Counted from the first letter of the stretch, positions 1 through 8,848 are shown. The stretch: DNA of 64,000 bases from Thermoplasmata archaeon (GCA_021798195.1 JAJZYH010000001.1:4351-68350); one strand, 5' to 3'. Numbers and translations are program-made. The notes: generated from the letters alone by a model not told the origin.

Positions 1-342
1 GGGTGGACCACCCTCAACGTCTCGGGATCGACGATCGATCTCGAGGCGCTGAACGGGACCGCCATGGCCAAGGTCCTGGGACTGGACCAGCTCTCCGCGG
101 GCCAGTACACGCAGGTACGGCTTGCGGTAACCCACGTGGCCGTGGTGTTCACCAACGGGTCCAACGTGACCGCGATGCTCACCTCCGCGAACAGCGCGGA
201 TGTGAATGTTGCGTTCACGGTCCACCCGGGGATGACCACGGTGCTGGACATCGACGTCAACCTGGCCACCAGCGTGCATGTGACCGGGGGCGTCGTGATG
301 TTCACGCCCAACATCGGCTCCGTGGTGGTCTCGGGATCGTAA
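1..342 (+). CDS. Secreted/surface protein, C-terminal fragment (DUF4382-like beta-rich domain); 5' end lies outside the window
   Basis: Frame 1 is open from base 1 (GWTTLNVSGSTIDLEALNGTAMAKVLGLDQ...VVSGS*). The sequence is Thr/Val/Asn-rich with repeated beta-strand-like pattern and N-x-S/T sequons. The family assignment is from memory only. Confidence 0.5.
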   Translation, partial: GWTTLNVSGSTIDLEALNGTAMAKVLGLDQLSAGQYTQVRLAVTHVAVVFTNGSNVTAMLTSANSADVNVAFTVHPGMTTVLDIDVNLATSVHVTGGVVMFTPNIGSVVVSGS

Positions 343-498
343 GCGCCTGGAACCGAAGAGAGCCAACCCTTTCCCCCTCTCCTTTTGTCCTGTCCCCGGG
401 CACCGACACCGTGCCTTGGGGACTTCTTCACTACCGGAAGAGAGATCCTTGGGGGACCGCCCGGATCCGTGCGTCCGGGAGATCCGGGCGCCGCGGGC

Positions 499-861
499 TC
501 ATCGCGGCTGCGACGTGGCCACCTTGCCCAGGCTCCCCAGATACTCCACGAGGACATCGCGGATGAGGTCGAAGGCCCGCATGAGCCGCTCGTCCCGGAG
601 ACGATAGTAGACCTGCGTCCCGGCCCGTCGGTCCACGACGACGCCCCACTGGCGCATGGCGGCGAGATGTTTCGATACGCTGGGCTGGGACTGCCCGGTC
701 GCCTTCACGAGGTCCCCCACGGAGCGTTCCCCCTTCCGGAGGAGGTCCAAGATGGCAAGGCGCGTCGGGTGCGTGAACGCCTGGCAGAAATCCGCATGGA
801 GCTGCGCGAGACGCCGGACATCGGGCGTCCCAGAGGGGGATCCCCGGGGCACGGGTATCAC
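499..861 (-). CDS. ArsR/SmtB family metalloregulatory transcription factor
   Basis: It has the HTH motif PTRLAILDLLRKGERSVGDLVKATGQSQPSVSKHLAAMRQWGVV and the wing YYRL. Its start overlaps the stop of the upstream DUF302 gene. Confidence 0.85.
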   Translation of the reverse strand: MIPVPRGSPSGTPDVRRLAQLHADFCQAFTHPTRLAILDLLRKGERSVGDLVKATGQSQPSVSKHLAAMRQWGVVVDRRAGTQVYYRLRDERLMRAFDLIRDVLVEYLGSLGKVATSQPR

Positions 862-1310
862 CCTGTGACGGCCGATGGGGAAGGAACGTGCGTGGGGAGG
901 GTAGGCCCCCCCGCGGCCTCATCCACCGCTTCCATGAGAAGCTGTTCCACCTCCCACGCGATGCCCCGCAATCCGGAGGGCGGGTTCAGCACGCCGATCA
1001 ATTCCGTGGGACGCGGGAGATCGATCCGCGTCCGACCCTCATGATGCGAGAGCACGATCTTGCACGGGAGGAGCCAGGCGGCCTCCGGATGCACGGCGAG
1101 GATCCGGTGGGCATGGCGCGGAGAGCATACGTCCAGGATGACGAGGTCTTCCTGGGAGGTTCCCAGCTTTTCCCGGAGCTGCCGGGCGACGTCCAGGGTC
1201 GCGAGGATACCGAAACCCCGGATCTTGAGGGCGGGCTCCAGGCGGTGGAGGATCCCCGAGAGATCCTCCGGAACTTCTCGCCGGTAGACGAAGTCCCCCA
1301 CGAGTATCAC
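858..1310 (-). CDS. DUF302 domain protein
   Basis: C-terminal 150 aa of the 858..2138 ORF: GFGILATLDV...DLVILDVCSPRHAHRIL...AAWLLPCKIVLSHHEG matches the DUF302 pattern. A GTG start at 1308-1310 overlaps the trx stop (GTGA). Confidence 0.7.
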   Translation of the reverse strand: MILVGDFVYRREVPEDLSGILHRLEPALKIRGFGILATLDVARQLREKLGTSQEDLVILDVCSPRHAHRILAVHPEAAWLLPCKIVLSHHEGRTRIDLPRPTELIGVLNPPSGLRGIAWEVEQLLMEAVDEAAGGPTLPTHVPSPSAVTG

Positions 1311-1804
1311 TCCGCACCCACAGGGCCCAGGGACCGCTGGATCTGCGCAAGGAGCGTGCCCTTGGGCTGGAGACCCACGGACCTGCCCGCGAGCTTCCCA
1401 CCGCGGAAGAATAGGAGGGTGGGGATCCCTTGCACGCCGAACTGAGCGGAGAGGACCGGCTCGTCGTCCGCATTCACCTTGGCGAACCGGACCTTCCCCC
1501 GGAGCTCCCGCGCCAGGGAATCCAGGATCGGAGCGAGTTGCCGGCACGGGCCGCACCAGGGAGCCCAGACATCCACCACCACGCGCTCGTTCTGGCGCAC
1601 GAACTCCGGGAACGTCGCCTGGGTCAGGTGCACCGTGAGAGGTTCCGGGGCCCCGCGGGGGGCACCGGACACGTCCCCGGGCCCCTTCTGGGTCCGGAGG
1701 ATCTCCTTGACGACGCGCGCACGAGCCTCCATGAGCGCGTCCAGGTCCTCGGTAGGTGTCGAAGCTCCAGGGGTGGGGTCGGGGTTCGAAACGTCGGTGG
1801 GCAT
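1307..1804 (-). CDS. Thioredoxin
   Basis: WCGPC active-site motif (VVVDVWAPWCGPCRQLAP) within a thioredoxin fold. An AT-rich TATA-like element (tatataactataat, about 1843-1856) lies about 40 bp upstream. Confidence 0.9.
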   Translation of the reverse strand: MPTDVSNPDPTPGASTPTEDLDALMEARARVVKEILRTQKGPGDVSGAPRGAPEPLTVHLTQATFPEFVRQNERVVVDVWAPWCGPCRQLAPILDSLARELRGKVRFAKVNADDEPVLSAQFGVQGIPTLLFFRGGKLAGRSVGLQPKGTLLAQIQRSLGPVGAE

Positions 1805-1840
1805 ACCAATTCCTCCAGTGAGGAAGAAGAGGGGAACATG

Positions 1841-1858
1841 CGTATATAACTATAATGG
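1841..1858 (-). promoter_or_regulatory. AT-rich TATA-box-like element upstream of the trx-DUF302-arsR operon
   Basis: An isolated AT-rich block (cgtatataactataatgg) sits in an otherwise roughly 70% GC context, 35-50 bp upstream of the trx start codon. Confidence 0.45.
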
Positions 1859-1882
1859 AATAATGTGCCCCAGCGCCCGGGC

Positions 1883-2302
1883 TCAACCGATCCAGTTCCA
1901 GAAGTCGTCCTGCCAGAGATCCGGGGTCTCCCGGACATGGCGCAGGCGGACCGGGACAAGTCCGTTGCGTTGGGCCCGGTGGAACGCGGCCCGGAGTTCG
2001 TCCTGGCTCTGCTGTGAGAGGCGGTCCAGCATGTCCCGGAGGTCGTGGGCGAGGCCGAGGTCGAGGATCCGGTCCGGATGTCGGATCACCAGGCGGAAAT
2101 GATGGCGGCCGGACTCTTCCACCCGCAGGACCTGCCACTGGAGCGTTTCCCCCCGTCGCGATTCCAGCTGGTAGGCGGCAAGGTTCCCCAGCGCTTCGGC
2201 CACGAAGTTCTCATCGGGGATACCGGGCGTCAGATGGATGTCGATGTCCACTCCCCGGGGCATGCGTGCGTGAACCTCCCACCTTTCCGGAACGCGCGCC
2301 AT
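1883..2302 (-). CDS. Hypothetical protein (139 aa)
   Basis: Coherent, non-low-complexity ORF (MARVPERWEVHARMPRGVDIDIHLTPGIPDENFVAEALGNL...). I do not recognise a family. Confidence 0.45.
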   Translation of the reverse strand: MARVPERWEVHARMPRGVDIDIHLTPGIPDENFVAEALGNLAAYQLESRRGETLQWQVLRVEESGRHHFRLVIRHPDRILDLGLAHDLRDMLDRLSQQSQDELRAAFHRAQRNGLVPVRLRHVRETPDLWQDDFWNWIG

Positions 2303-2435
2303 ACCATAAGGCTCCCGGAGGGGTCTTCCGCGAAGCTACGGGAGAAGCGAGGGTACGGTGCCCACCGGCATTCGGGAGACGCGGGAGAGCCCGCCTCGGG
2401 TGGTCGGGGAGGCTCATTAAAAGGGATTCCTGCCA

Positions 2436-2806
2436 TGCCTTTCACGGGCGGAGAGGGGGGCACGATGGTCGCGGCGTCCGTGATAGTCGGCGTCATCCTC
2501 CTCCTCGTGGGAGTCGTTCTGATCGTCACGATCGTGGGGGCCGTGCTGGGAGTCGTGCTCCTCATCGCCGGGATCACCGTGATCGTGCTGGGACTGTGGA
2601 CCGCTCCGCACGCGTCCCCTCCCGCAATCTACATGGTCCCCCCCATGACCCACACCCCCCCTCCCCCCGTTGTCGTCAACGTCCACCAACCCGGGCCTCC
2701 CCATCCTGCGCCCCCTCCCCCTCAGGTAATGTTCCGTTGCCGGTACTGCCAATCGGTCTACCCGGAGACCCTGGGACGCTGCCCCCGATGTGGCGCGGGA
2801 TTCTGA
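2436..2806 (+). CDS. Small membrane protein with proline-rich linker and C-terminal zinc-ribbon (CxxC...CxxC)
   Basis: Internal ATG at 2436 lies downstream of the convergent minus-strand gene. Two predicted TM helices (VIVGVILLLVGVVLIVTIVGAVLGVVLLIAGITVIVLGLW) are followed by a P-rich segment and RCRYCQSVYPETLGRCPRCG. Confidence 0.6.
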
Positions 2807-3114
2807 GGAGGGGAGACGAATCCCCCGGCAGTTTCTGCGACGTGGGCGACAAAGCTCAGCCAGGATGGGTTGCCGCACGCCTTCCAATGGACGCGTCGCA
2901 TCGGATCCTTCCCGACTCTCCGGGGTCCTGATCACAGAGATGCACACGTGATCCGGCCCATTCCGGGATAGATTGCTATCACGGGATCGCATCCGCTTTC
3001 ACCGAAATGCCAAGGCAACGCGATGAGTCCGTTCCCACCGGGATGTCCTTCTCCGGCGATCTTTCGCCGCTGTGGTGTTGCGGCTCCAATCCCTGAGGTA
3101 GGTTCCACTTGGCG

Positions 3115-3124
3115 CATTATATGG
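3115..3124 (+). promoter_or_regulatory. TATA-box (cattatatgg) about 25 bp upstream of ATG 3146
   Basis: The spacing is that of a classical archaeal leaderless promoter. This supports 3146 rather than 3023 as the start. Confidence 0.5.
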
Positions 3125-3145
3125 TTGGATAACGTAGGGGAAGTC

Positions 3146-4126
3146 ATGGACGTTCCTCCGTCGGTGCGGAGGTGGCTGACCGGTGCCCGGGCGGATCCGA
3201 GCGTCCGTTTCCGTTATTGGACGGAGGTAGAAGGCCGTTCTCCGGGAGATGCGCGGGTGCGCCGGTCGCGGGAGGCGATCGGCCGCACCGGGTGGGCGGC
3301 GAAGCTCCTCGCATCGCAGTTCCGGGATGGGCACTGGGCCACCCCCGGGAACTCGGCCGAGGAACTCTACTACCCCAAGTACACCACGACCAACTGGATG
3401 GTCATCGTCCTGGCGGACCTGGGCATGACCCGCTCCGACCCGCGCGTCCGGCGCGCGGCGGAACTTCTCATGGACCGATGGAGCCGGCGCGGCCGAGACC
3501 TATCCGGTCGGACCGGCGAGATCTGTGCCACCGGGAACGCGGTGCGGTCCCTCATTCGGATCGGCTACCGGGACCACCCCGTGGTCCAGCGGGCGATCGA
3601 CTGGATCCTCCGGACCCAGAAGCCCGATGGGGGCTGGCACTGCTTTCCCTCGAAGTCCGGGACCCTCGATGGTTGGGAAGGCCTGGCCGCCCTGGCAGAG
3701 ATCCCCGTGGCGGACCGGGGCGAGGCGGTGCACACTGCCATCCAGCGAGGGGCCGAGTTCTACCTCTCCCGTCACCTCATGGAGGAGGGCCGGGTCCGCT
3801 ACCCTCCCTGGTTCCGGATCCACTACCCCACCCACTACTACTATGACGTCCTGGTCGGGCTCCGGATCCTCACGCGGCTCGGGTACGGTTCGGATCCCCG
3901 CCTCCAGCCCGCTCTTCGCTGGTTACTGGGAAAGCGGCGCCCCGACGGGATATGGGCTCTCGACGCGGACCATCCCGATCTGGACCCGGAAAGGGGCGGG
4001 TACGCCTTCCGGGGTCCGGTGTTCCCCCTTCGTCTGGAGCCTCCGGGTCCACCCAGCCAATGGGCGACGGTGGAGGCGTTGAGCGTTCTTGCTCGGGTAG
4101 GCCGACCGGATATACCACCGGGTTGA
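3146..4126 (+). CDS. Prenyltransferase/squalene-cyclase-repeat (alpha/alpha-toroid) protein
   Basis: Repeated QW-like motifs: QFRDGHWATPG, RTQKPDGGWHCF, GKRRPDGIWALD. About 326 aa, a single toroid domain. Confidence 0.7.
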   Translation: MDVPPSVRRWLTGARADPSVRFRYWTEVEGRSPGDARVRRSREAIGRTGWAAKLLASQFRDGHWATPGNSAEELYYPKYTTTNWMVIVLADLGMTRSDPRVRRAAELLMDRWSRRGRDLSGRTGEICATGNAVRSLIRIGYRDHPVVQRAIDWILRTQKPDGGWHCFPSKSGTLDGWEGLAALAEIPVADRGEAVHTAIQRGAEFYLSRHLMEEGRVRYPPWFRIHYPTHYYYDVLVGLRILTRLGYGSDPRLQPALRWLLGKRRPDGIWALDADHPDLDPERGGYAFRGPVFPLRLEPPGPPSQWATVEALSVLARVGRPDIPPG

Positions 4127-4597
4127 TGGGGAGATGCATCTCATCAGTCGTGCCATGAATGAATCACGCCGCGCACGAGATTCTGGCACATGGTCGAAGA
4201 AGAGCTGCAGCACTGTGGCGAGATGAACGCTCTCTTGTGGCACCGCGGATGGGAGGCACCGGGCGTGGGGTACCACGAATGGACCTGGGAGTGGGGGGCG
4301 ACTAAGGAACGGGTGCGCGGCTCAGCTGTTACCTCTTTGCCTCAAGATAGAATGGGTACGGACCCTCAGGTCTCCGACCGTTCTCCACTGCGCTCGGACG
4401 AACTGAAGGATGGCCTCTCGCTGTGGTTGGGTCAGCCTTAGACTTCCACCCCGGGGGCTTGGGAGGCGATTTGCGCCTTGCGGCGCTCGGTGTAGCCCCG
4501 GACCCCGTGGGGGTAGGCGAAGGGGTACCTGGTGGTCTCCCTCCGGCGAGCCATCCCGCTGAGAGAAGGGAGTGCAAGGATAGGAACTGAAGTGAAG

Positions 4598-4682
4598 TGC
4601 AGGGGGAGGGATTTGAACCCACGAACTCCTACGAGACCAGACCCTGAATCTGGCGCCTTTGACCAAGCTAGGCTACCCCTGC
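4598..4682 (-). tRNA. tRNA-Leu (anticodon CAG), long variable arm
   Basis: The reverse complement reads GCAGGGGTAGCCTAGCTTGGTCAAAGGCGCCAGATTCAGGGTCTGGTCTCGTAGGAGTTCGTGGGTTCAAATCCCTCCCCCTGC. The 7-bp acceptor stem pairs, the anticodon loop is TTCAGGG, the T-loop is GGTTCAAATCC, and a 14-nt variable arm gives about 85 nt. There is one T-stem mispair (T-T) in my hand-fold. CCA is not encoded. A TATA-like ataaaag lies about 30 bp upstream (4712-4718). Confidence 0.75.
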
Positions 4683-4748
4683 GAGCGCCGCAGGCCACGA
4701 ACCACTGCCGCATAAAAGGACTGGCCCGGAACCCCGGTCCATTCCCGC

Positions 4749-6326
4749 CTAGGAGAACAGGGAAGGGACCTCCGGGTCGATCTCGACGTTCAGGAGGCGG
4801 GGGCCGGGGGAATCCCGGAGCTCCCGGAGGGCCGGAGCGAGTTCTCCGGGCTCCTTCACGGTTTCCGCGGGGACCCCCATGGATCGCGATACGCCCACGA
4901 CATCCAAGCCGGGAATCTGGAGGAAGGGGGCATCCGTGAGAGCCGGATGGAAGCTCTTGGAGTAGCTCCGCAGGATGGAGTACCCGTGGTTGTTGAGCAC
5001 GAGAACCTTCGCGGGAATCCCCTCCCGGGCCAGTGTCCAGAGCGCCTGCGGAGAATAGAGCAAGGCGCCGTCGCCCACCACCGCAAGGGTCCGGGGCCGG
5101 GCCAGACCCGCCCCCACGGCGGCGGCGAGGGCCCAGCCCATCTGGCCGCTGCGCGATGCGAGGTAGCTATCCTTCCCCCGGTAAAAGCCAACCCGTTTCA
5201 GCACCGGGGTATTGGAGACCGCCTCGTCGAGCACCAGGTGCTCCTCGAAGAGGGATGCCACCGAATCCAGGACGAACTCGGCCCCCATGGTGGCCCGGGA
5301 CCGGGCCACCCGACCGGCCCGTCCGAGGTCCCGGGGACGGCGGAAGGTCCCCGATCGCGGGGGCAGTTTGGCGAGAAGCGCGGCGAGACCCTCCCGGCAG
5401 GGGCCCACCAGGGATTCCCGGATCCCCAGCAGCCGCGGTACCTCCGCGTCCGTTCCCAGGTACAAGACCCGCTTCCCCTGGAGGAGGGGCGACGCCGTGT
5501 ACGGGTAGAGCGTGAGCGCCCCTCCCACGAGGAGCACCACGTCATGGAGTGCGAGGGACGCATTGATCATGGCCGACGCGGGGAGGAGGTCTCCCATGAA
5601 GTGGGCGGAGTCCGCGGCCACGGGGGCCCGGGAAGCGAGAGGCTCCGCGTAGATGGGACACTGCAAACGGTCCGCGAGCGCTTCCAGCTCCCCGAATGCG
5701 TCGTCGATGTCCACCTCGTACCCGGCGACGATCACCGGATTCGTTGCCGACCTCAGTGCCTCCACCACCGGAGCCACATCACCGGACACTGCAATCGGAG
5801 GCTGCGAAGGTGGGAGCGGATCTCGTCCCTCATAAGGGGTTTCCATGAGGTCCATGGGTAGGCCCACCACGACGGGCCCCCAGGGACGCGACGAGGCGAT
5901 CTCCCACGCACGGGTCAGGACCGGGACCACGTCCCGTCCCTCGTCCACGGTGAGATATCCCTTGGAGACCGGCCGCACCATGGCCCCGATGTCGCCGGAG
6001 AGCAGGGGGTGCAGGGCCCGATGCCTCCGATCCTGCTCTCCCACCGTGACCACCAGCGGGGACCGGTTCCGGAGCGCGGTATCCAGGAAGGCCATGGAGT
6101 TCCCCACCCCCGGGGCCGCGTGCAGGTTCACGAGCGCCGGTCGACGCAGGACCTGGGCGTACGCGTCCGCGGCCCCCACGGCGAGTCCGTCGTGAAGCGA
6201 CAGCACGTACCGCTGAACGATGTCCGCAAGGAACGGGAGCTCGGTGTTCCCGGGGTTTCCGAAGATCAACTCCATTCCCATGGCGCGCAGCGCCCGGGAA
6301 ATTTCTCCGGCCACTGTGGATGCCAT
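4749..6326 (-). CDS. Thiamine-pyrophosphate-dependent enzyme (acetolactate synthase large-subunit / sulfoacetaldehyde acetyltransferase-like)
   Basis: 525 aa with an N-terminal Pyr domain (GNPGNTELPF), a central domain, and a C-terminal TPP-binding domain with the GDGALLYSPQAL...NNHGY motif. Confidence 0.85.
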   Translation of the reverse strand: MASTVAGEISRALRAMGMELIFGNPGNTELPFLADIVQRYVLSLHDGLAVGAADAYAQVLRRPALVNLHAAPGVGNSMAFLDTALRNRSPLVVTVGEQDRRHRALHPLLSGDIGAMVRPVSKGYLTVDEGRDVVPVLTRAWEIASSRPWGPVVVGLPMDLMETPYEGRDPLPPSQPPIAVSGDVAPVVEALRSATNPVIVAGYEVDIDDAFGELEALADRLQCPIYAEPLASRAPVAADSAHFMGDLLPASAMINASLALHDVVLLVGGALTLYPYTASPLLQGKRVLYLGTDAEVPRLLGIRESLVGPCREGLAALLAKLPPRSGTFRRPRDLGRAGRVARSRATMGAEFVLDSVASLFEEHLVLDEAVSNTPVLKRVGFYRGKDSYLASRSGQMGWALAAAVGAGLARPRTLAVVGDGALLYSPQALWTLAREGIPAKVLVLNNHGYSILRSYSKSFHPALTDAPFLQIPGLDVVGVSRSMGVPAETVKEPGELAPALRELRDSPGPRLLNVEIDPEVPSLFS

Positions 6327-6354
6327 GCCCCGTTCCTCCTGTCCCGAAGGGGGC

Positions 6355-7248
6355 TCACTGGGGGTCGGGGAGGTGGTCCACCCGATAGAGGGGATCCTTT
6401 CCCTGGAGGAAGCGCAGGACGTTCTTCACCGTCTCCGCCACGAAGCGTTCCTGGGCCTCCCGGGTGGCACCGGCCACGTGCGGCGTGTAGAAGGTGCCGG
6501 GCGCCTGGAAGAGGGAGTCGGAGAAATCCGGAGGTTCCTCCGGGTACACGTCCAGCGCGAGGTGGATCTTCCCCTCGGCCACCAGCGGTCGGACCGCGCC
6601 GAGATCCACCACCTCCGCCCGGGCGGTATTGACCAGGATGGCTCCCGGTTTCATCCGACCCAGGAGCGACGCGTTCACCATGCCCTGCGTGGCGGGGACG
6701 AGAGGCACGTGCAGGGAGACGATGTCGGCGCTCTCGAAGAGGGTCGGGAGGTCCACATAGGTGAGGCCCAGCCGCCGCTCCTCCTCCGGAGAAGGACGCA
6801 CCGTGTCGTAGTAGATGGTGGAGGTCTCGAACGGGAGGAGGCGCGTGGCGAGGGCCCGGCCGATCCGTCCCATCCCCACGATCCCGAACACCTTCCCGCC
6901 CAGATCATGGGCGTCGGTGAGGAGGGGCCACTCACCCTTCCGGATCTGGCTGTCCAGCTGGTGGGCCCGCCGGAGGAGGATGAGAGCGCTCAGGATCACG
7001 TGCTCCGCCACCGAGGCCGAGTTCGCCACGGGGACGTTGGCGACGCGGATCCCCCGGGACCGGCACGCCGCGAGGTCCACGGCGTCATACCCCGTGCTGG
7101 CCACCTGGATGAACTTCAGGGCCGGCAGGCGCTCAATGACGTCGCCGGGTAAGAGCGTGAAGGTGGTGAGGATGAGGACGTCGATCTGGTCCAGGGGGAA
7201 CTTCCCCGGGTCCAGGGGCTCCTCCACGATGTCCAGATCCGGAAGCAC
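6355..7248 (-). CDS. D-isomer-specific 2-hydroxyacid dehydrogenase (glyoxylate reductase/PGDH-like)
   Basis: C-terminal about 300 aa of the 6355..8322 ORF: NAD-binding GIVGMGRIGRALA, catalytic region ...NTARAEVVDL..., C-terminal HVAGATREA. The N-terminal 355 aa of that ORF is antisense to the arginase-like gene and is rejected. The GTG start at 7246-7248 is a guess; the true start may be slightly upstream. Confidence 0.75.
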   Translation of the reverse strand: MLPDLDIVEEPLDPGKFPLDQIDVLILTTFTLLPGDVIERLPALKFIQVASTGYDAVDLAACRSRGIRVANVPVANSASVAEHVILSALILLRRAHQLDSQIRKGEWPLLTDAHDLGGKVFGIVGMGRIGRALATRLLPFETSTIYYDTVRPSPEEERRLGLTYVDLPTLFESADIVSLHVPLVPATQGMVNASLLGRMKPGAILVNTARAEVVDLGAVRPLVAEGKIHLALDVYPEEPPDFSDSLFQAPGTFYTPHVAGATREAQERFVAETVKNVLRFLQGKDPLYRVDHLPDPQ

Positions 7249-7407
7249 CGGGAGGACCCGCTGTCGGATCTCCTCGACGGGAAGGAAGGGGGGGGAGGAC
7301 CGCCCGGACCGCCATGGCCTTCCCGAACATCGCCGGAGCCATAGCCCTTCTCCCCCACCGACCCACGCATCACCCAGATAATCCCCGATGGAGTTCCCTC
7401 CCGCAGC

Positions 7408-8271
7408 ATGCCGGTGCACGTGGTGGGGGTGCCCTGGGACCAGAGCTCCCTGGGCCGGAGGGGGAGCCGGTTCGCCCCGGAGGCGATCCGCCGGGAGATG
7501 CTCTCCCTTTCCCCCTACGATCTCGCCCGGGGAGCCCCCCTGGAGTGGGTCCAGGCCCGGGAGCTCTCCCTGGGGGAGGACCGGTCCGACCTCCGTCGGA
7601 CCCTGGGACGTACCCTGGACTCGCTCCGGACCAAGGAACCGCAGTGGCCCGTCTTCCTCGTGGGCGGGGACCAGGGGGTGACCCACGAGGCGGTCCGCCA
7701 TCTGGGGAAGGAGCTGGATCTCGGGCTCGTCGTCCTCGACGGGCGATTGGACATGGCCGCCGAAGGGGGGGAACCGAACCACGGGAACTGGCTCCGGCTC
7801 CTCCTGGAGGAGCGCTTCCTTCCCACGGAAGTCCTCGGGATCGGGCGCTTCGCCACATCCCCCACCGCGGTGGCGGCGGCCCACCGGTTGGACGTGGATT
7901 GGGTTCCCGCGGAGTCCATCCATCGAGAGGGAAAGGGCTCCCCTCGTCGCCGGTCCGGCCGCCTTCGCGACCGGCCCCTCTACGTCTCGGTGGACATGTC
8001 CGTCTTCGCCAACCCATGGGTGCCCGGGATCCCCATCGCGGAACCGGGGGGCCTGAGCTTCCCCGAGGTGATTGCCCTCCTCACGGGGTGGCTCCGAACG
8101 GGACGGGTGGTGGCCCTGGACGTCACGGAGGTGAATCCGACCCTCGATCCCACGGGGACCTCGGTCCGGACCGCCACCCACACGCTCCTCTCCGCCCTGG
8201 CCGCTCTTCCGGGTCCCCCTGTCGGACCCTCCCGCCTCAAATACCCGTCCCCCGGTACGGACCGGGGATGA
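7408..8271 (+). CDS. Arginase/agmatinase (ureohydrolase) family protein with degenerate metal-binding motifs
   Basis: N-terminal VVGVPWD...RFAPEAIR and C-terminal ...PGIPIAEPGGLSFPEVIAL match the family. However GGDHS is GGDQGVTH here, DAHxD is DGRLDM, and SxDxDxxDP is SVDMSVFANP. Confidence 0.8.
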   Translation: MPVHVVGVPWDQSSLGRRGSRFAPEAIRREMLSLSPYDLARGAPLEWVQARELSLGEDRSDLRRTLGRTLDSLRTKEPQWPVFLVGGDQGVTHEAVRHLGKELDLGLVVLDGRLDMAAEGGEPNHGNWLRLLLEERFLPTEVLGIGRFATSPTAVAAAHRLDVDWVPAESIHREGKGSPRRRSGRLRDRPLYVSVDMSVFANPWVPGIPIAEPGGLSFPEVIALLTGWLRTGRVVALDVTEVNPTLDPTGTSVRTATHTLLSALAALPGPPVGPSRLKYPSPGTDRG

Positions 8272-8345
8272 CGCAGCGGGGACGCCGGCGGGCCACCCCC
8301 GCCGTCCGGAAGCGCCCCGCATCCCCGCGTCCTGCGCGCACCCCT

Positions 8346-8777
8346 GTGGACCCGGCCCGGGTCCCGCCCGCGATCCTGCGATACCTCAAGGAGTGCCACG
8401 GGCGCCGGACCGCGGCGGAGATCGCGGCGGGGATCGCCCCATCCTTCCCCGGGGCGAACCTCCCCGGATCCGTCGTGGCCCGGGCGCTGGGCCACCTCCT
8501 CGAGGCCGGTGCCATCGTGCAGATCCCCCACCCTTCGGGCCGCTCGTTCCAGTTGGGGGCGGACCTGGGAGAGCCTCCCACGGTCCACCTGATCTGCCAG
8601 CGGTGCGGGCGCCTGGGAAGGGCCCCCCTCACGTCGGAGTGGGAGAAGGACCTCACCGAACTCCCCTCGCTACGGACCGATGGATGGACGGTCTCGGGGG
8701 TCTCGGTGAGCCTGGTGGGCCGGTGCCCGTCCTGCTTGTCCCAGGAGCAAGAGGTCCCCTCCCAGGGTCCCCCCTAG
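8346..8777 (+). CDS. Fur-family (ferric/zinc uptake regulator-like) transcriptional regulator
   Basis: Putative GTG start. It has a winged-helix N-terminus (PAILRYLKECHGRRTAAEIAAGIA) and a C-terminal HLICQRCG...GRCPSC metal-binding motif. Confidence 0.65.
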   Translation: MDPARVPPAILRYLKECHGRRTAAEIAAGIAPSFPGANLPGSVVARALGHLLEAGAIVQIPHPSGRSFQLGADLGEPPTVHLICQRCGRLGRAPLTSEWEKDLTELPSLRTDGWTVSGVSVSLVGRCPSCLSQEQEVPSQGPP

Positions 8778-8848
8778 GAAACCCCGCACCCGGGACTCCC
8801 ATCCCCCCGATCCTGCCCTCGTCCCGGGAGACGGACCCCGGGGCGAGT

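Noticed and set aside
888-1445. 185-aa plus-strand ORF
   Set aside because: It overlaps the DUF302 gene on the opposite strand. The DUF302 reading has family-specific motifs and operon-style start/stop overlaps with its neighbours.
4190-4441. 83-aa ORF in the low-GC stretch next to tRNA-Leu
   Set aside because: There are no family features, and it lies in a region better explained as a tRNA trailer or regulatory DNA. It is kept as a finding rather than a gene.
4598-4682. Possibility that tRNA-Leu is a pseudogene because of a T-T mispair in the T-stem
   Set aside because: All other stems pair, the anticodon loop is canonical, and a TATA-like promoter is correctly spaced. A single mispair (or my transcription error) is insufficient to call a pseudogene.
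6355-8322. Full 655-aa form of the 2-hydroxyacid dehydrogenase ORF
   Set aside because: Only the C-terminal approximately 300 aa match the dehydrogenase family. The N-terminal 355 aa run antisense through the arginase-like gene and are low-complexity, so the gene was truncated to about 6355..7248.
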